Program-made: the position numbers and the translations under genes
Notes under the pieces: model-generated
Databases searched by the model: none
The model's input: the letters and a program-made list of their open reading frames with translations, nothing else
Told to the model about the DNA's origin: nothing
Shown here: piece after piece, positions 40,016 through 52,510 of the stretch
Layout: each line of letters begins with the position of its first letter
Numbering within the stretch: position 1 is the stretch's first letter
Origin: Podarcis erhardii
Lineage: Eukaryota
Reading direction: 5' to 3' (one strand)
Assembly (NCBI GenBank): GCA_964252035.1
Contig: OZ176200.1
DNA: 64,000 nt

Positions 40016-43000
40016 TACACCGGGTTGATTGGGTTTCTCCTTTGAGCTTGAAGGCCAAGAGAAAGATAAGACAAATGCTCGGTTCTCTACAATAGCAACA
40101 ATAAGTGGCCAATGACGCGCCCCCTCTCATTTTTTATTTTTTATTTCATTTTTTATTTCTCATTTTATGGAAACCAGCAAATTCCAAAAATATTTGGGAG
40201 GGACAGCCGTAGAAGCAGGGTCTACCGACGCCTCCGGTGGGGAGAAAAGATTTCTAGATGTTGGGAATCTTTACTTTGCTATTGCTCTGGCATTCAGTCA
40301 CACGACTCGCTTAACCAGTGGTTTAACCCCACCACTTTGGGGAAGACCGGACAGACACGCGGGATGTCGCAGGAACAGCATTCCAAACCCAGGTCCGTAG
40401 AAAGCGCCCAAGGAAAGTGAGAACGAAAGTGTCGTTCCGGCACTCTCACTTTCCCGCTTGCACACACAACCGCCTCCCCCACTCAGCTTCGGAAACGATT
40501 TGATCTCGTTTAGGACGGGCGGAGGATGTATGATGCAGGATTCAGACTGCAATCTTCCTTCGTCATGTCTATTCCGGAGCAAAGCCCACTGAAACCAAGC
40601 GGGGCTTACTCCCTGGTAAAGGAGATTCGAAGGAATGCGGCCTGAATCATCAAAATAAATGCGCTCAGGGACCGCAGCCTTCAAAGAAGTGGAGCGGGAG
40701 GGGGGGAGAGAGATCCAAGCGCATTTCTGTGCCTTTTCCTCGCCGGTGAGTCTCAGCAGAGAAGCAGAGGGGAAATATCTTTCTTCTCACTCAAGGGTTT
40801 GATTATTTAAAGTGCCAACCCCGGGAAAAACAAAGCTGTGAACCATCTCCAGGCAGGAGCCGCGGAGGGTGAAGGGAGCAGCGAGAGCTGCGAAGAGACA
40901 GAGAATCAATCACCGGCCGCCAGTCCCCCATTCCCAGGAGCGAACCTGTCACCCAGCGCGCCAGGACGCAGGAGCTGCAGCTCAGAAAGCGCAGTCCCGG
41001 GCGGCAGCGCTGTACACAGCAGCCTTCTTGTTCTTCCAAACTGGGCGCAGCTACTCTTACATGGATAGTCCACCTTTCCTGCAAGCAGCTCAAGGCGGTA
41101 TACACTGTTTTCCCCCTCTCCCCTTTTTTATCTTCACAACAGCCTTGCGGGGTAGGTTAGGCTGAGGGGCAGTCACTGGGGCAGGCAGAGGCTTCTGGGA
41201 GAGCAGCACAGAGTTCTTCTGAACTGGGGCCGGGTGCGTGTCCATTTTGCCTTGTGAATCGGCTGAAGCTCCGCTATGCCCAATATCCGGAGCTCAAAGG
41301 TGTCCCTTTCCCGGTCGAGGATTCGAGAAGGAAGCTTCAACAGCCGAATGGAGAAGAGAGGGGCTGTTCTGGCTTCTGGCCCCTTCCACGCCAGTCCTTC
41401 TCCCCACCCCGGAAAAAAAATCTGAAAGAGACCTGCTGGGATCGTCCATTGGACCTTTGGGCCAAGAAAGTGTGCAAAGTGTGCAGGCTTTCCGGTTTCA
41501 CAGAAGCCTTCGTCGCGCGCGGCAGCCTAGAGGGCGGCAACCCTACAAACACAAGAAGCTGGGAAACTTAACGTAATTTGTGTAACTGGAGATGATTGCG
41601 ACTATTTTGAGTTCTTCAGCTGCAGGGGGGCGGCGGCACGAGAGACGCGACGATAAGTCTTGGTCGCCTGCAAAGGATGTGAAGATGTACACAAACCTCT
41701 TCCCAGGAAGTCCAGGCGTTAGATCTTTCTCTCTCTCTCTTCCTCCATCTCTCCCTTGCTAGGTCACACCTCCCGCACAAACAAGCGCCTTAAGCGAAAA
41801 ACCCCCCAATTGCTGTGAACGTCGGCGGAGCCCCGGCCATGAAATCCATCCCGCCTCCGCTAGAGCTATAGGCTGCGTTCTCCACCCCACCCCCTTTCCC
41901 CCATACCAAACCGGCCTAAATCTGTCAGCTTCAGCTCTTTCCAGGTGGGGAATTCCTGGCACCTCTGAAAAAAATACATGTTTAAAAGGAGATGTTTCCA
42001 CCCAGCTTGTGGGGGGGAACCCTGTGCTTAAAGCAGGGCTGGCGCAGAAGAAGTTGCTTTGGTGGAACAAGCATTCCAGAAAAATGCACATGCACACAAA
42101 CACACACCGAAACGCCCATCGCGCTCTACTGGAGAAGGGAAATGGGCACATTTGTCTCTGTTTTGCACTCTGATTTCCGGGCTCATCGGAGATTTTTTTT
42201 TTGGGGGGGGATCCATCGTAAGCAACATAAACCAGCGCTATGGGAGCGATGCGCAGCCATTGAAAAGTTCAGCTCCAGAAGTGGGGTGGGGGTGACAAGG
42301 AGCGATTTCGCCGGCACAGGAAACCAAACTGCGTAAAAAACCATAATAATACGAGTCACCACTCGCGCTGATCGGCGTGTAGACATATATTATTCGGAGA
42401 TCAAAAGAGGCGCGCTGCAAAAGGGAGAGGGATTCCCTCTGCCCTCAGACTCCTTCCTTTCAACTTCGGCGCGTTGTCCTCCCCATCTTTGAAGGGGGGG
42501 GGGGCTGTGAGCAAAGAGGGAGAGAGCGAGAGAGAAACGAGCCGGGTCTCTGTTAGCTCATCCTCGCCAGGGAATTCTCGGCGCTTCGAGCCCGTCTCTT
42601 CCCGCTTCCTCTGTAACCTCACCAGCAACGCGCAACTGTAAAAACAGACAAGAGACGAGCTATCTGTCAAGATTCATGGACTCCTTCGAGCGAAGGAACT
42701 TAGGCAAGTAATAAATAGCGCCGCTGACCTCCCTTTGGCCTCAGCCAGTGCCGAAGTATGCATTATGAGATCCCAGGGCAGGCCTGCCATTGGGCTGCCG
42801 CGCCTTGGCAATCCCAAGATGTGGACCAATGAAAAATGAAAGGGAGCCGGGAGAGACTTGAATTAATGCGCGTCTTGCTCCGGGAGTTCAGCGCGGCGGG
42901 GGCAGCGAGGGCGAAAGGGGGCAAGCTCGCATTCACAGCCAGAGCTGCTCGGTGGGGAGGCACTCTCTAACCCTGAAGGACTGCAGAGAAAGGGGCCTTT

Positions 43001-43556
43001 GGATGCAGCCCTAAACCCACGCACATGTTTGAAAGAAAGACCCATGGAAATCAATGGATCTCACTCCGTTGTCTGGAGTGAAGCCAACAGGAACAGTTAA
43101 GGAAGTAATCCTGTCCCCACTTACATGGAAGTTAAGACTCCACAGAGCAAATTTGAGTTTGCTTTTGTGTAGACATGAATAGAACTATGCTGTGTACAGC
43201 GGCAATTCTAGCTTAGTACAGTATACTTATTTGGGAGCAAGTGCCATTTAATATAGATGATTAGGATAGGGCAGTAAGATAAAGATCATTATTTCAGGAG
43301 CAAATGTCTGAAACTAATGTAGAACATAGGGGAGAGAGGAACAGGCCGAATTCATGGAAAGAGAAATGCGCAGCATCATATTCCAGCTGATTTTAAGCGG
43401 ACAGTTGCGTGGCTCTTGTTACAAAGGAAATGTATTTAAAGAATGGGGGAGCCCGTCCAACTAAGACAAATGAGAATAAATGCCCCCCTTTGTAAAATAT
43501 GTATTAATGTTCTTAACCGTCAAAGGGCACGATTCATGGAAAGCCGGGCTATACAT

Positions 43557-43582
43557 TACACACACACACACACACACACACA
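43557..43582. repeat. (CA)n microsatellite
   Basis: Direct reading. Confidence 0.9.
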
Positions 43583-43610
43583 CTTACTTAACCAGATTGT
43601 GAATCAGAAA

Positions 43611-44124
43611 CATAGGCGCCGACTCCATGGGGCCTGAGGGGGCCTGAGCCCCCTCAAAAATTCGTTTGGGGGGGCTCCGCCCCCCAATAATTTAAGAAAA
43701 TTATTAGTTATATTATGCTTTGTAAAATCACAAAATTATGTTGGTATTTTTTATTTTCCTTGTTTGACGATAGTTACCTTTTAAAATACATTCAGTAATG
43801 AGTTAAAACAAAGCCACTCCCGATCTAGAGAGGGGGTGGGGTTGCGGGCTCTCGACCCATCAACAATCTCGTGGGGCTGGCATCAGCCCCGCGAGAAGCG
43901 GGGATTCCCCCTAGCTCATTAATATTCACTGCCCACGGCGGCAGCCAATCGGCTGCCGCAAAGGGCGGGCCCTCACAGGTTCACTTAAGGTCGGGGCAGC
44001 CCGGGGCTCGCCCCTTTCGTTCCCCCAGCAGCAGCGATTTGGAGGTCTTGGGCCCCCCCAATATTTTTTATAAGTCGGTATGGGCCCCCGCCCCCCCAAT
44101 ATTTTTTATAAGTTGGCGCCCCTG
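43611..44124. mobile_element. Non-autonomous hAT element (514 bp)
   Basis: TIRs CATAGGCGCCGACT / AGTTGGCGCCCCTG; perfect 8-bp TSD ATCAGAAA; CpGs retained. Confidence 0.88.
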
Positions 44125-46430
44125 ATCAGAAACTAACATAGATAAGTTAAGCGTTTGTTAACAATATATATTTTAAATCAGAAACTTTTCTGAAATTTTA
44201 AGAGCTGTCTTAAGTTTCCCGTCCTCAGACTTCTTAGTCTCGAGTAAATGCGCTCTAGCGGTTCCTTCGGAGAGAAAAAATTACCCGATTATGAGAATGA
44301 GCGCGTGCCTAAGGAAGAAGGCAAATAGTCGGACCCACTGGATCTCCACCTCCAGCCCCCCCCCCGCCCCCATCTCGGCTGGGACGTTCACCCCGGCCTA
44401 GTCTATCTTAAACCTCTTGCAAACACAATGAGGGCGTAATGCCCTTTGTTTTGGGGATGCTTATGGGAATCTGCCCAATATGAAAAGAAAAGAAAACATA
44501 TTTTCCTTCCTGCATCTGACAGATCCCAGCCAACAGTGAAGAAGACTTTTGATATGTTGTTGTGTGGTCTCGGGATATGACCGCTATTGCTTTTGGGTGT
44601 CCAACTCATAGCCTGTGTTGTAAATTTATTGTGCTGGATTATTAATTTTAAAAATAAAAAAAGACTTTATGTATCCTTCCTTGGGACTAATCCCTGTTGA
44701 GCGCAATGGGGCTGCATGTGCAGACGCTTAGTCTGTCTGAGTTCCTTTGCTGGATCAGACCAAAGGCCCTCCCATTTCCATCTGGGGTCATGGTGCCGTT
44801 CCTGCTAGGAAATGGGGCCAGACAATGGAGGGGTAGCCATTTTCTCTGGCTTGATCCCAGGCGTACCACAGCTGAAACTACCGGGGGCCCTTTGGGGCCT
44901 GGTGGATAGATGAGACTATCGGGCTGCAGTCCTATTCCCACTTGGCTGAGAGCAAACCCCACGCAGTGCCACTTACTTCTGAGTAAGCATACGGAGGCTT
45001 CCGCTGGAGAACTTTTTCAAGCTCTCTTAAGCCTCCCTACTAGCACCGCACCTCCTGGCAGTTAGAAATGCCTTAAGAAGATTGTTCTCTTTTGCGGGGG
45101 TGGGGGTGAAAAAAGTAGGGGGGTGATTTAGGCTGTTGGGAGTGTGTGGACCTCCCTCTAGTAGGCAGACTGTGGATCCTTTACATTTAAAACCCCCCAC
45201 ACAGAGAGCAAATTCCATAAAACCAGTGGGACTTATTTAGTTCCAAGACCCAAGATTATTATGCACGTTTACTCGGAAGTCAGCCCCAGTGACTTAAATG
45301 GGGCTGCTTCCCAAGTAGGCTTGCATAGGTTGTGCTGTGCTATGTATCCCGCCCTCTTCTTCCTCGCCCAACTTATAAATATATGGCACTCTCTCGTTCT
45401 GGGTTCCTTCCTAGCTTCATGCACTGCTAATGGTTTCACTCCCATACCAGCAACTCATCCGGAGTCCTGGCTCCCTCTTCATCCTCTCCAGTGCCAACTT
45501 TGCGCAGCAGCAGCAGCAGCAACATCTCAGCCAAATCACTCTCCTCCTCCTTGTTCGGTGGTAGGAGGCAAAAAAAATAATTAATAAATCCCCAGCTTTT
45601 GTGGAGTTTGCTCTATTATTTTACCGTAAATCTTGGGCAATCCTGGAACTAATTATCGAGAGGATATGTCTCAATTTGTTCTGCATTAATGCCACGTTGG
45701 GAATGGAGTCGGGGCCACAGCCAGAGCAGACACTCGAGCACATGAAATTGATGAACTGAGACTTGCTCCGAGTCCTGAACACACCATCTGGAATTCCAGT
45801 CTGAGGTTACAATTAGAAGTTCTGACCCCAGATTCAACTTTGGGGAAGAACAAGAGGAGGGGAGCGAAAGAAAGAAAGACAAGGGGAGAGGGGTCTCGAG
45901 AGAGATAAACAGGGGAGGGGGGGGACCAAGTTGCTTTTTCTGCACCTGTAGGAAACACAGTGCTTCTAATCTCTTCTCCCAGAACATTATTCCTCTCCAA
46001 ACTATTTTGAAATGATCCTATGAACAACTTGTCTGCCGGGAGGAGGGTATTTATATTGTCATAACTTTCCCAACTAGAAGAAAGATTTTGGCTGCAAATT
46101 CTGAGCCCTTGACGTCAACAGATTGCCTCAGGGTGTTCTGGATTAGGAACCTTGCACTGATCCTATAGCAGCAGGATATGGGTATGGGTGTGGAGTGGGG
46201 GCAGTCTTCATTAGGTCAGGTGACTGGGATCCACAAACCTCTTAAGCTGGTCCACTTCCATTTGAGCGGCCTGCTGCATCTGGGGCTATACCAGTTTCAT
46301 AAACCAATTAATCCTGTACCTGGGTTTATGACTCACTACTGGGGTTTCGTTGAACTGGAGTGGATTCCTCTCACTCCCCAATCTGGAAGCAAGCTCTGTA
46401 CCAAATGAAAGCCCTGATCTGAACCTGTTT

Positions 46431-46594
46431 CTCTGGGGGGATGCAGGGGGACACATACCTCTAAACATTTTGTGAATCTTTGTACTTTTGTCCATGTACT
46501 GTATTTATTTTCCCCGATTTGAATGATAAAATGGTGATTTTCTTGAGTCAAAATGAGAGTACCCCTAAACATTTTTTAAAGAAAAAAAGCACTG
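46431..46594. mobile_element. Second copy of the 54738 hAT MITE (left TIR lost)
   Basis: Near-identical internal sequence to 54750-54911 and the same right end AAAAAGCACTG; no TSD recognised. Confidence 0.8.
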
Positions 46595-47461
46595 ATCTTA
46601 CCTAATAGAAAAGTAAAACCCGTTGAACTGGGGTTCGGTATGGTGCAACGCAATCCTAAATCCATGTTTGCTTGGGAGGTACGGTAACCTGTGTTTCAAT
46701 GCAGACTATGTTTTGATTGCAACCTTGGTTCCAAGTAAACATGCATAGGATGGGCCTGCGCTTGGGTTCAGAATGGAGATTAGACTCAGCTAACTTGGAA
46801 TTATGCTTAAAATCACAATGTTCTTTAAGTCCCATAATGATTTAGATAGACAGGATCGCAGCTGTCTGAAATTGCTCAAGCTGTTTTCACAGATTGGTCT
46901 GTTAACCGGTTTCGGTCCACACGTTACTACTTCCTGCATTTGTGAATTGCGCTCTTTCTTCCAGTTTTCTAGAACATCTCCCCCCTTTCTCTGCCTCCCT
47001 GCCCCCCACAAGCGATGTCTCACCTTGCAACAAGTTTCATTTTGAATGAAGTACGAGGGTACTACAGGGGTCTTGTTAAATTTATTAGCATATTGCTAGG
47101 GCAAAACTGAACATAAATCACCAGGCTGCATAAGGCCATAAAATATCCCTCTACAGCTAGTTCCAGCCAAGATTCTGGTGAATAAGAGTTCATATAGGAG
47201 TAGGTATCGGTAACATCTTTCAGATCTATGTGACGTTTTAAACATCTCAGACACACAATAGGATCTATGGAAAGATTAGCTGGGGCTGCTCAGAAAGTGT
47301 AGCCATGATTAAGTCTTCTCAAATATACAAGAAAAATAAAAGTGAGTTAAAAACCTTTCCTGTTCAATTTCATAATTTATATTAACCCTTTTCTCTGTAG
47401 ATTGATGGAAAAGGGGGCAGACCTCACGACTCTCCACATTTGCTACTTCAGGGGTCTTGAA

Positions 47462-47723
47462 TAGGGTTCCGCTTTGTCCAGAATTTCCTGGACATACCCA
47501 GAATACTGCAGTCCGAAGAAGTGTCGTGGCGGAAATCGGCGAAATGTCCAGGAAAATCTGGACATATGGCAACACATGTTGGCAGTGTCGTTTTTGCCAG
47601 TTTTCCTGAAAAATAGCTCAGAAAGTCAATTTTGTTTGTGATTTTGCCAAAAATGCTTCTTGCCAAGAAAAGCTCAAAAACACTTCTGTCCGGATTTTCA
47701 CTTTTTAAATTGAGGTAACCCTA
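47462..47723. mobile_element. Older hAT (Tip100-like) MITE
   Basis: Ends TAGGGTT / GGTAACCCTA; degenerate 8-bp TSD GTCTTGAA versus ATTTTGAA. Confidence 0.65.
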
Positions 47724-48246
47724 ATTTTGAATCCTAAATGCGTTATTTTAAAAATAAAAGTCCTGTTGATTACAAGGAGGAAGGATCATTAGGCCAACCA
47801 GCTGTTGGCTTTTTAAAAAGTAGTTCTAAGCCATTTTCAGAGATGGAAACAGAAAAGGTTGTTATGCTGATCCCATATGCATCAAGATGCACATTAACTG
47901 GCCCTCTGCATTACTCCCTTATTGGCATTTAGATATGGAATATACTGCACTGAAATCAACAAACTTTCCTTCCAAGGAAACAAACACAATTTGTTAATTT
48001 GTCAGTTGCTATGAAGGCTGAGAAAAGGCAAAGGTTTATTGTGCTGAGAGTTTATTCTGCTGAAAGAAGTCCTTGCCTTTGTTGCCAGAGATTGCTGTTT
48101 TTTGCCACAGTGGACTAACTCAATGACTTTGCTATACCAGCAGGGCTTAGTAACAATTATCTATGTCTATGTCTATGCAGAAATAAGCCTTGTTTAGTTC
48201 AATGGGATTTACTCCCAGGTCAGTTAATTGGATTATGCCCAGTTTA

Positions 48247-48456
48247 CAGTGGTACTTCGGGTTACAAACACCTCGGGTTACAAACGCTTCAGGTTGCAGA
48301 CTCCGCTAACCCGGAAGTAGTACCTCAAATTAAGAACTTTACCTCAGGATGAGAACAGAAATCGTGCGCTGGCGCCAGAGGGAAACACCATTAGCTGAAG
48401 TGGCACCTCAGGTTTCAGGTTAAGAACGGACCAGTTCGTAACCAGAGGTACCACTG
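48247..48456. mobile_element. Tc1/mariner-type MITE, copy C (internally deleted)
   Basis: CAGTGGTACTTC...GAGGTACCACTG with TA flanks; homologous to copies A and B. Confidence 0.85.
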
Positions 48457-48474
48457 TATTCAATTTGCTTTCAG

Positions 48475-48621
48475 CATAGAATCATAGAACTGTAGAGTTG
48501 GAAGGGACCCTGAGGATCATCTAGTCCAACCCTCTGCAATGCAGGAATATGCAGCTGTCCTATATGGGGATTGAACCTTGGCATTATCAGCACCGTGCTC
48601 TAACCAAGTGAGCTATCCAGC
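48475..48621 (-). mobile_element. tRNA-headed SINE with CR1-like 3' tail
   Basis: Minus strand reads GCTGGATAGCTCACTTGGTTAGAGC...GGTTGGACTAGATGATCCTCAGGGTCCCTTCCAACTCTACAGTTCTATGATTCTATG. Confidence 0.75.
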
Positions 48622-50328
48622 CTCAGATACATACTGAAAAATATTATGAAGTGTTTACTTATACGGAATGTTAGGTTATATCACCAGGATTCAAGCCTGT
48701 GTGTTCAGAAATGCTATTTAAAGTTCCAAAACTAACAAGAAAGGGTTCCCATTGGAAAGGGGGGGGGCGCACACGTCTCTAGCGAATCAATAAGAGTGTT
48801 TAGAATGAAGTACAGTATGCAAGATGTTTTGATGAGTCAGTGCCAGTCATTGGTAAGACACAGAGAGACAATTTGATGAGTCAATGTAAGTCATTTGTAA
48901 CATCTCTGAGGCGGAAGAGAAGTCAAGGCCATGTTTATTGTAGCAAAGCTATAGTGCAAACAGTCAAGAAGGATGAAATGTTCTACATTTCCGGCACCCA
49001 CCCCAATTAAGTACCAATGCTGAGGACAGACTATGACTTCATGTTTCTACTTTTTAAATCGCCAGAAGAAATATTGGTTGTCAGCAATACAAGGAGATTC
49101 TTTTGGTCACTCAACCCTTGAGTATCCCAGGAGCCAGTGATATACAGCTATATTCCCTTCAATAGCACAACACCCATTGGCTTGCTCCTTTTGTGGCCGC
49201 TTGTCCCAAAACTCATTTCAACATAAACTAGGATCATATTTCAAATGTCAGGATAGCAGTACATATTTTATTGCCCAAGTTGTAAAAGACTGTAATTCAC
49301 TGTCAAAGCATGACAAATAATTAAAATACCTATTTCAGATCCCATGTTATTCCTTCTCAGAAGCAGCCAAATCTGTGACTAGCTCACAGCTTCTTTGCTC
49401 TGAGTGGGAGTTGTTTTTAACAATTAATGCTACAATTCTATACCCACTTACCTGGAAGTTTGCCCCACTAAACGCAAGTTAGCATGAATGGGGGCGGGTG
49501 TTTGCAACTTGGTCCTATGCACCAGGAAAGCATGACAATAGCCCTTAGGCTGATTCCATAACTCATATTTGCTAAGAATTTACAAAATGCTCTATATGAG
49601 GAAATAGTGTTCTCTTTTGTATGTACTAAACCCCACATTAATCTCCTAAACAGATTAGCGGATTAGCACCCTCCATCATGCACCACAGTTCTTGAAGATC
49701 ATCTCTCTCCCCAATTTATGGCAAGAAAAGTTCTTCCATTAGGCAACCGCTGAAGTAGCAGATTACAAGTTCCATCTTAAATTGCAGCCAAGACTTTGTA
49801 AAACAGTGAGTTTCTTTGTTCACAGGACTGTCCTAGGGAGACAATTTTACACATCTAATATTTTACAACTTAATTCCTGTGACCGTAGCTCTTTCATAAT
49901 GATAATTAAGAAATACAGACCTTGGATAAAATCCAACTCCGATCATACCTTATTTGGCAGCTTGTACTGAAATTCCATTAGGGCAAAAATGTGTGTGTAT
50001 GTGTATGTTTTCAAACTGTCAAAGCACTTTCCCTTCTATACACATGATATCTCATATACCTACCCACCTATCAAAACTTGAGCTCTCTAAGCTGCCTTTT
50101 GCTATAGTCAACCTTTCCCAGTCCACACTGACAGACCTTATTCCATCCCTTGCCCCAGCAATCAAATTGCTTCTTATTGCTGTTATTTGAATATGTGGAC
50201 AATATAGGTAACTAGTTTCTTATAATTTTCCAGACAGACAAAGAATATGAAACAAAACATGTTTCTAATTTATCTTTATGTAGCAGTAGAGTAAAAACAA
50301 GCAAACCCTATTTCTATTTTATTCTATC

Positions 50329-50330
50329 AT

Positions 50331-50410
<80 letters not shown>
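50329..50410. repeat. Compound microsatellite (ATTT)n-(CT)n-(CA)n
   Basis: Direct reading. Confidence 0.95.
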
Positions 50411-50450
50411 GTATTATTGTTCTTCATGAGCACACAGGAAGTTGGTAGTA

Positions 50451-50692
50451 CAGTGGTACCTCGGGTTACATATGCTTCAGGTTACATACGCTTCAGGTTA
50501 CAGACTCCACTAACCCAGAAATAGTGCTTCAGGTTAAGAACTTTGCTTCAGGATGAGGACAGAAATCGTGCTCCGGCGGCCCGGCGGCAGCGGGAGGCCC
50601 CATTAGCTAAAGTGGTGCTTCAGGTTAAGAACAGTTTCAGGTTAAGTACAGACCTCAGGAACGAATTAAGTACTTAACCCGAGGTACCACTG
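50451..50692. mobile_element. Tc1/mariner-type MITE, copy B
   Basis: Same TIRs, TA duplication, high identity to copy A plus one extra 16-bp unit. Confidence 0.9.
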
Positions 50693-52192
50693 TAATTGTG
50701 TTCAATATCAGCAAAGATGAATCTGGGAGAATTCGCCCTGCTCAGAGCGAATGGCTGTCTAGAAGCCTGAACAGGACCATGCCTTTTTGAAGGGAGAATA
50801 ATGCACTGCAAAAACTTTGTTGAAGAGCCGCCCACTACTGATGCTGCTGTTGCTGCTACCACTACTACTCTGTTACCCACTTTGCATATGCAAGAAATGT
50901 AATATTCTGTCTGTGCAAATTAACTCAGTGGTTAAACAGCTGACTCTTAATTAAATTTGAGTTTAAACTGCTCTAATATACAGGGAAATACAGAGCTTGA
51001 AGAGCATATTTGTATCTGTCATCCAGAATGCATCAGTCATGGAAATGCAGTCAAGGGATCTTAACACCAGTCTCCTACACCAAGTGGGCTAATTCCCTAT
51101 GATCCCGCATCCACAATCATTAAAAAGTGGAAAAGAGCGACCAGGCCGTGCAGGTCAAGCCCCACATGGCAATGCAGGATTGTTCCCTATGGCAAACATT
51201 TCAACTCTTTGTCAAATTGAATGTTATGTTTCCCACACTGTGGGACTTCCATCATGTTCCTGAAGAAATGAATTCATAATCTAACAGATCTTCTCCATAC
51301 TCCAGCTCCTTCCGTTCCTTAATTGCCTCCATTATTCATTATCCCTTCATGCAATAACTCTGCGTTGTGGGTTGTTGTTTTTTAAGTCTCCATCATGCAG
51401 GATTGGCCTTGGCACTTAAGGCATTTAACTCCGATCAGCAAGACCAAGGTAGTGGAGTACCCAAAGCATGATCCCAGTTCATACAATTGTATTTCTTCCT
51501 CATACTCTCAGGCAACCCACATCCCAATCTCGCCCATGGCCACATGAGCAGGGGACATGGTGAGCCAGGCAGGGTTTCAGAACTACTACAAAAGCTGCAT
51601 CTGAGGCTATCTTTGGAGGATAGAGAAGTTGGGCTGAGAGCCAGGAAGAGGTGGATTCTCCAGCTTCTGTATCAGCTCCCTGTCTAGAGCAGCTTCCTTG
51701 CTGAACTAACAGCTCTTTCCCAAATTTTAGCCTTCTTGGCCCAGGGAAAACAGACAGGACCAGAGGAAGAACTCATGAATTATAAGCACCTCAGTGCCTC
51801 CACTATTACTGATCTCAGAAGTTCCTGTCCCTGTCCTGTTGCATCCATTTTACATGGATCGAAGGAAAGATAGGTGTCAAACAAATTGCACTTCTTAAAC
51901 AAATGCTGGGAAACACCCTCTCTTATCACCTCCTGGCCAACTTTCAGCATGAGAAGTAGGAGTTGCAAGAGGTCAAGAAAGGGGTTAAGGGAAGGACAGC
52001 TGGGCCATGAGAAATAAGTTGTGGGAAGATAAGGAGATGAGCACTAGAGATGCCGGAACCAAGGCCTTTCCCCAAGAGAAGATTTAGGATGCAAAGGTCC
52101 TTCAAGAAGTGGACTCTTGTCCAGGAACATTTCTGCTATAATAAGTTGGTTCATCTTTAAGGACATTTTTGCTGCAATAGGCTAACACCAAG

Positions 52193-52510
52193 GGCCTTCT
52201 CGGTGGCTGCTCCTGGACTTTGGAACTCCCTGACTAGAGAAGCTAGACTTGCTCCCTCCCTCCTTCTTGTCCTTCTTCCGGCAGCTGAAGACTTTTCTGT
52301 TTCTACAGGCTTTTGGGATTGTTTTTAATGAAAAGGCTGGTGCCATGCTGTTTTTATTGTAATTACGGTATTTGTATGGTTTTAATAGATTTTATATATG
52401 TACATAGTTTTAATTCTATCAACCTTTAATTGTTTTGTTTTTTATATGTTTTTAGCAGTTCTTATTTTTAGCATAAGCCGCCTTGAGTCCTTTTAGGGGG
52501 AAATGTGAGG
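52193..52510 (+). mobile_element. L2-like LINE 3' end
   Basis: GCCTTCTCGGTGGCTGCTCC...TGGAACTCCCT...AAGACTTTTCTGTTT...T-rich UTR...AAGCCGCCTTGAGT. Confidence 0.6.

Noticed and set aside
48560-48621. tRNA-like sequences in SINE heads (also 2673, 59196, 61408, 56333)
   Set aside because: A/B boxes belong to SINEs; no complete cloverleaf, so not called tRNA genes.
52140-52192. Possible Penelope-element terminal fragment
   Set aside because: Too short and degenerate to support.
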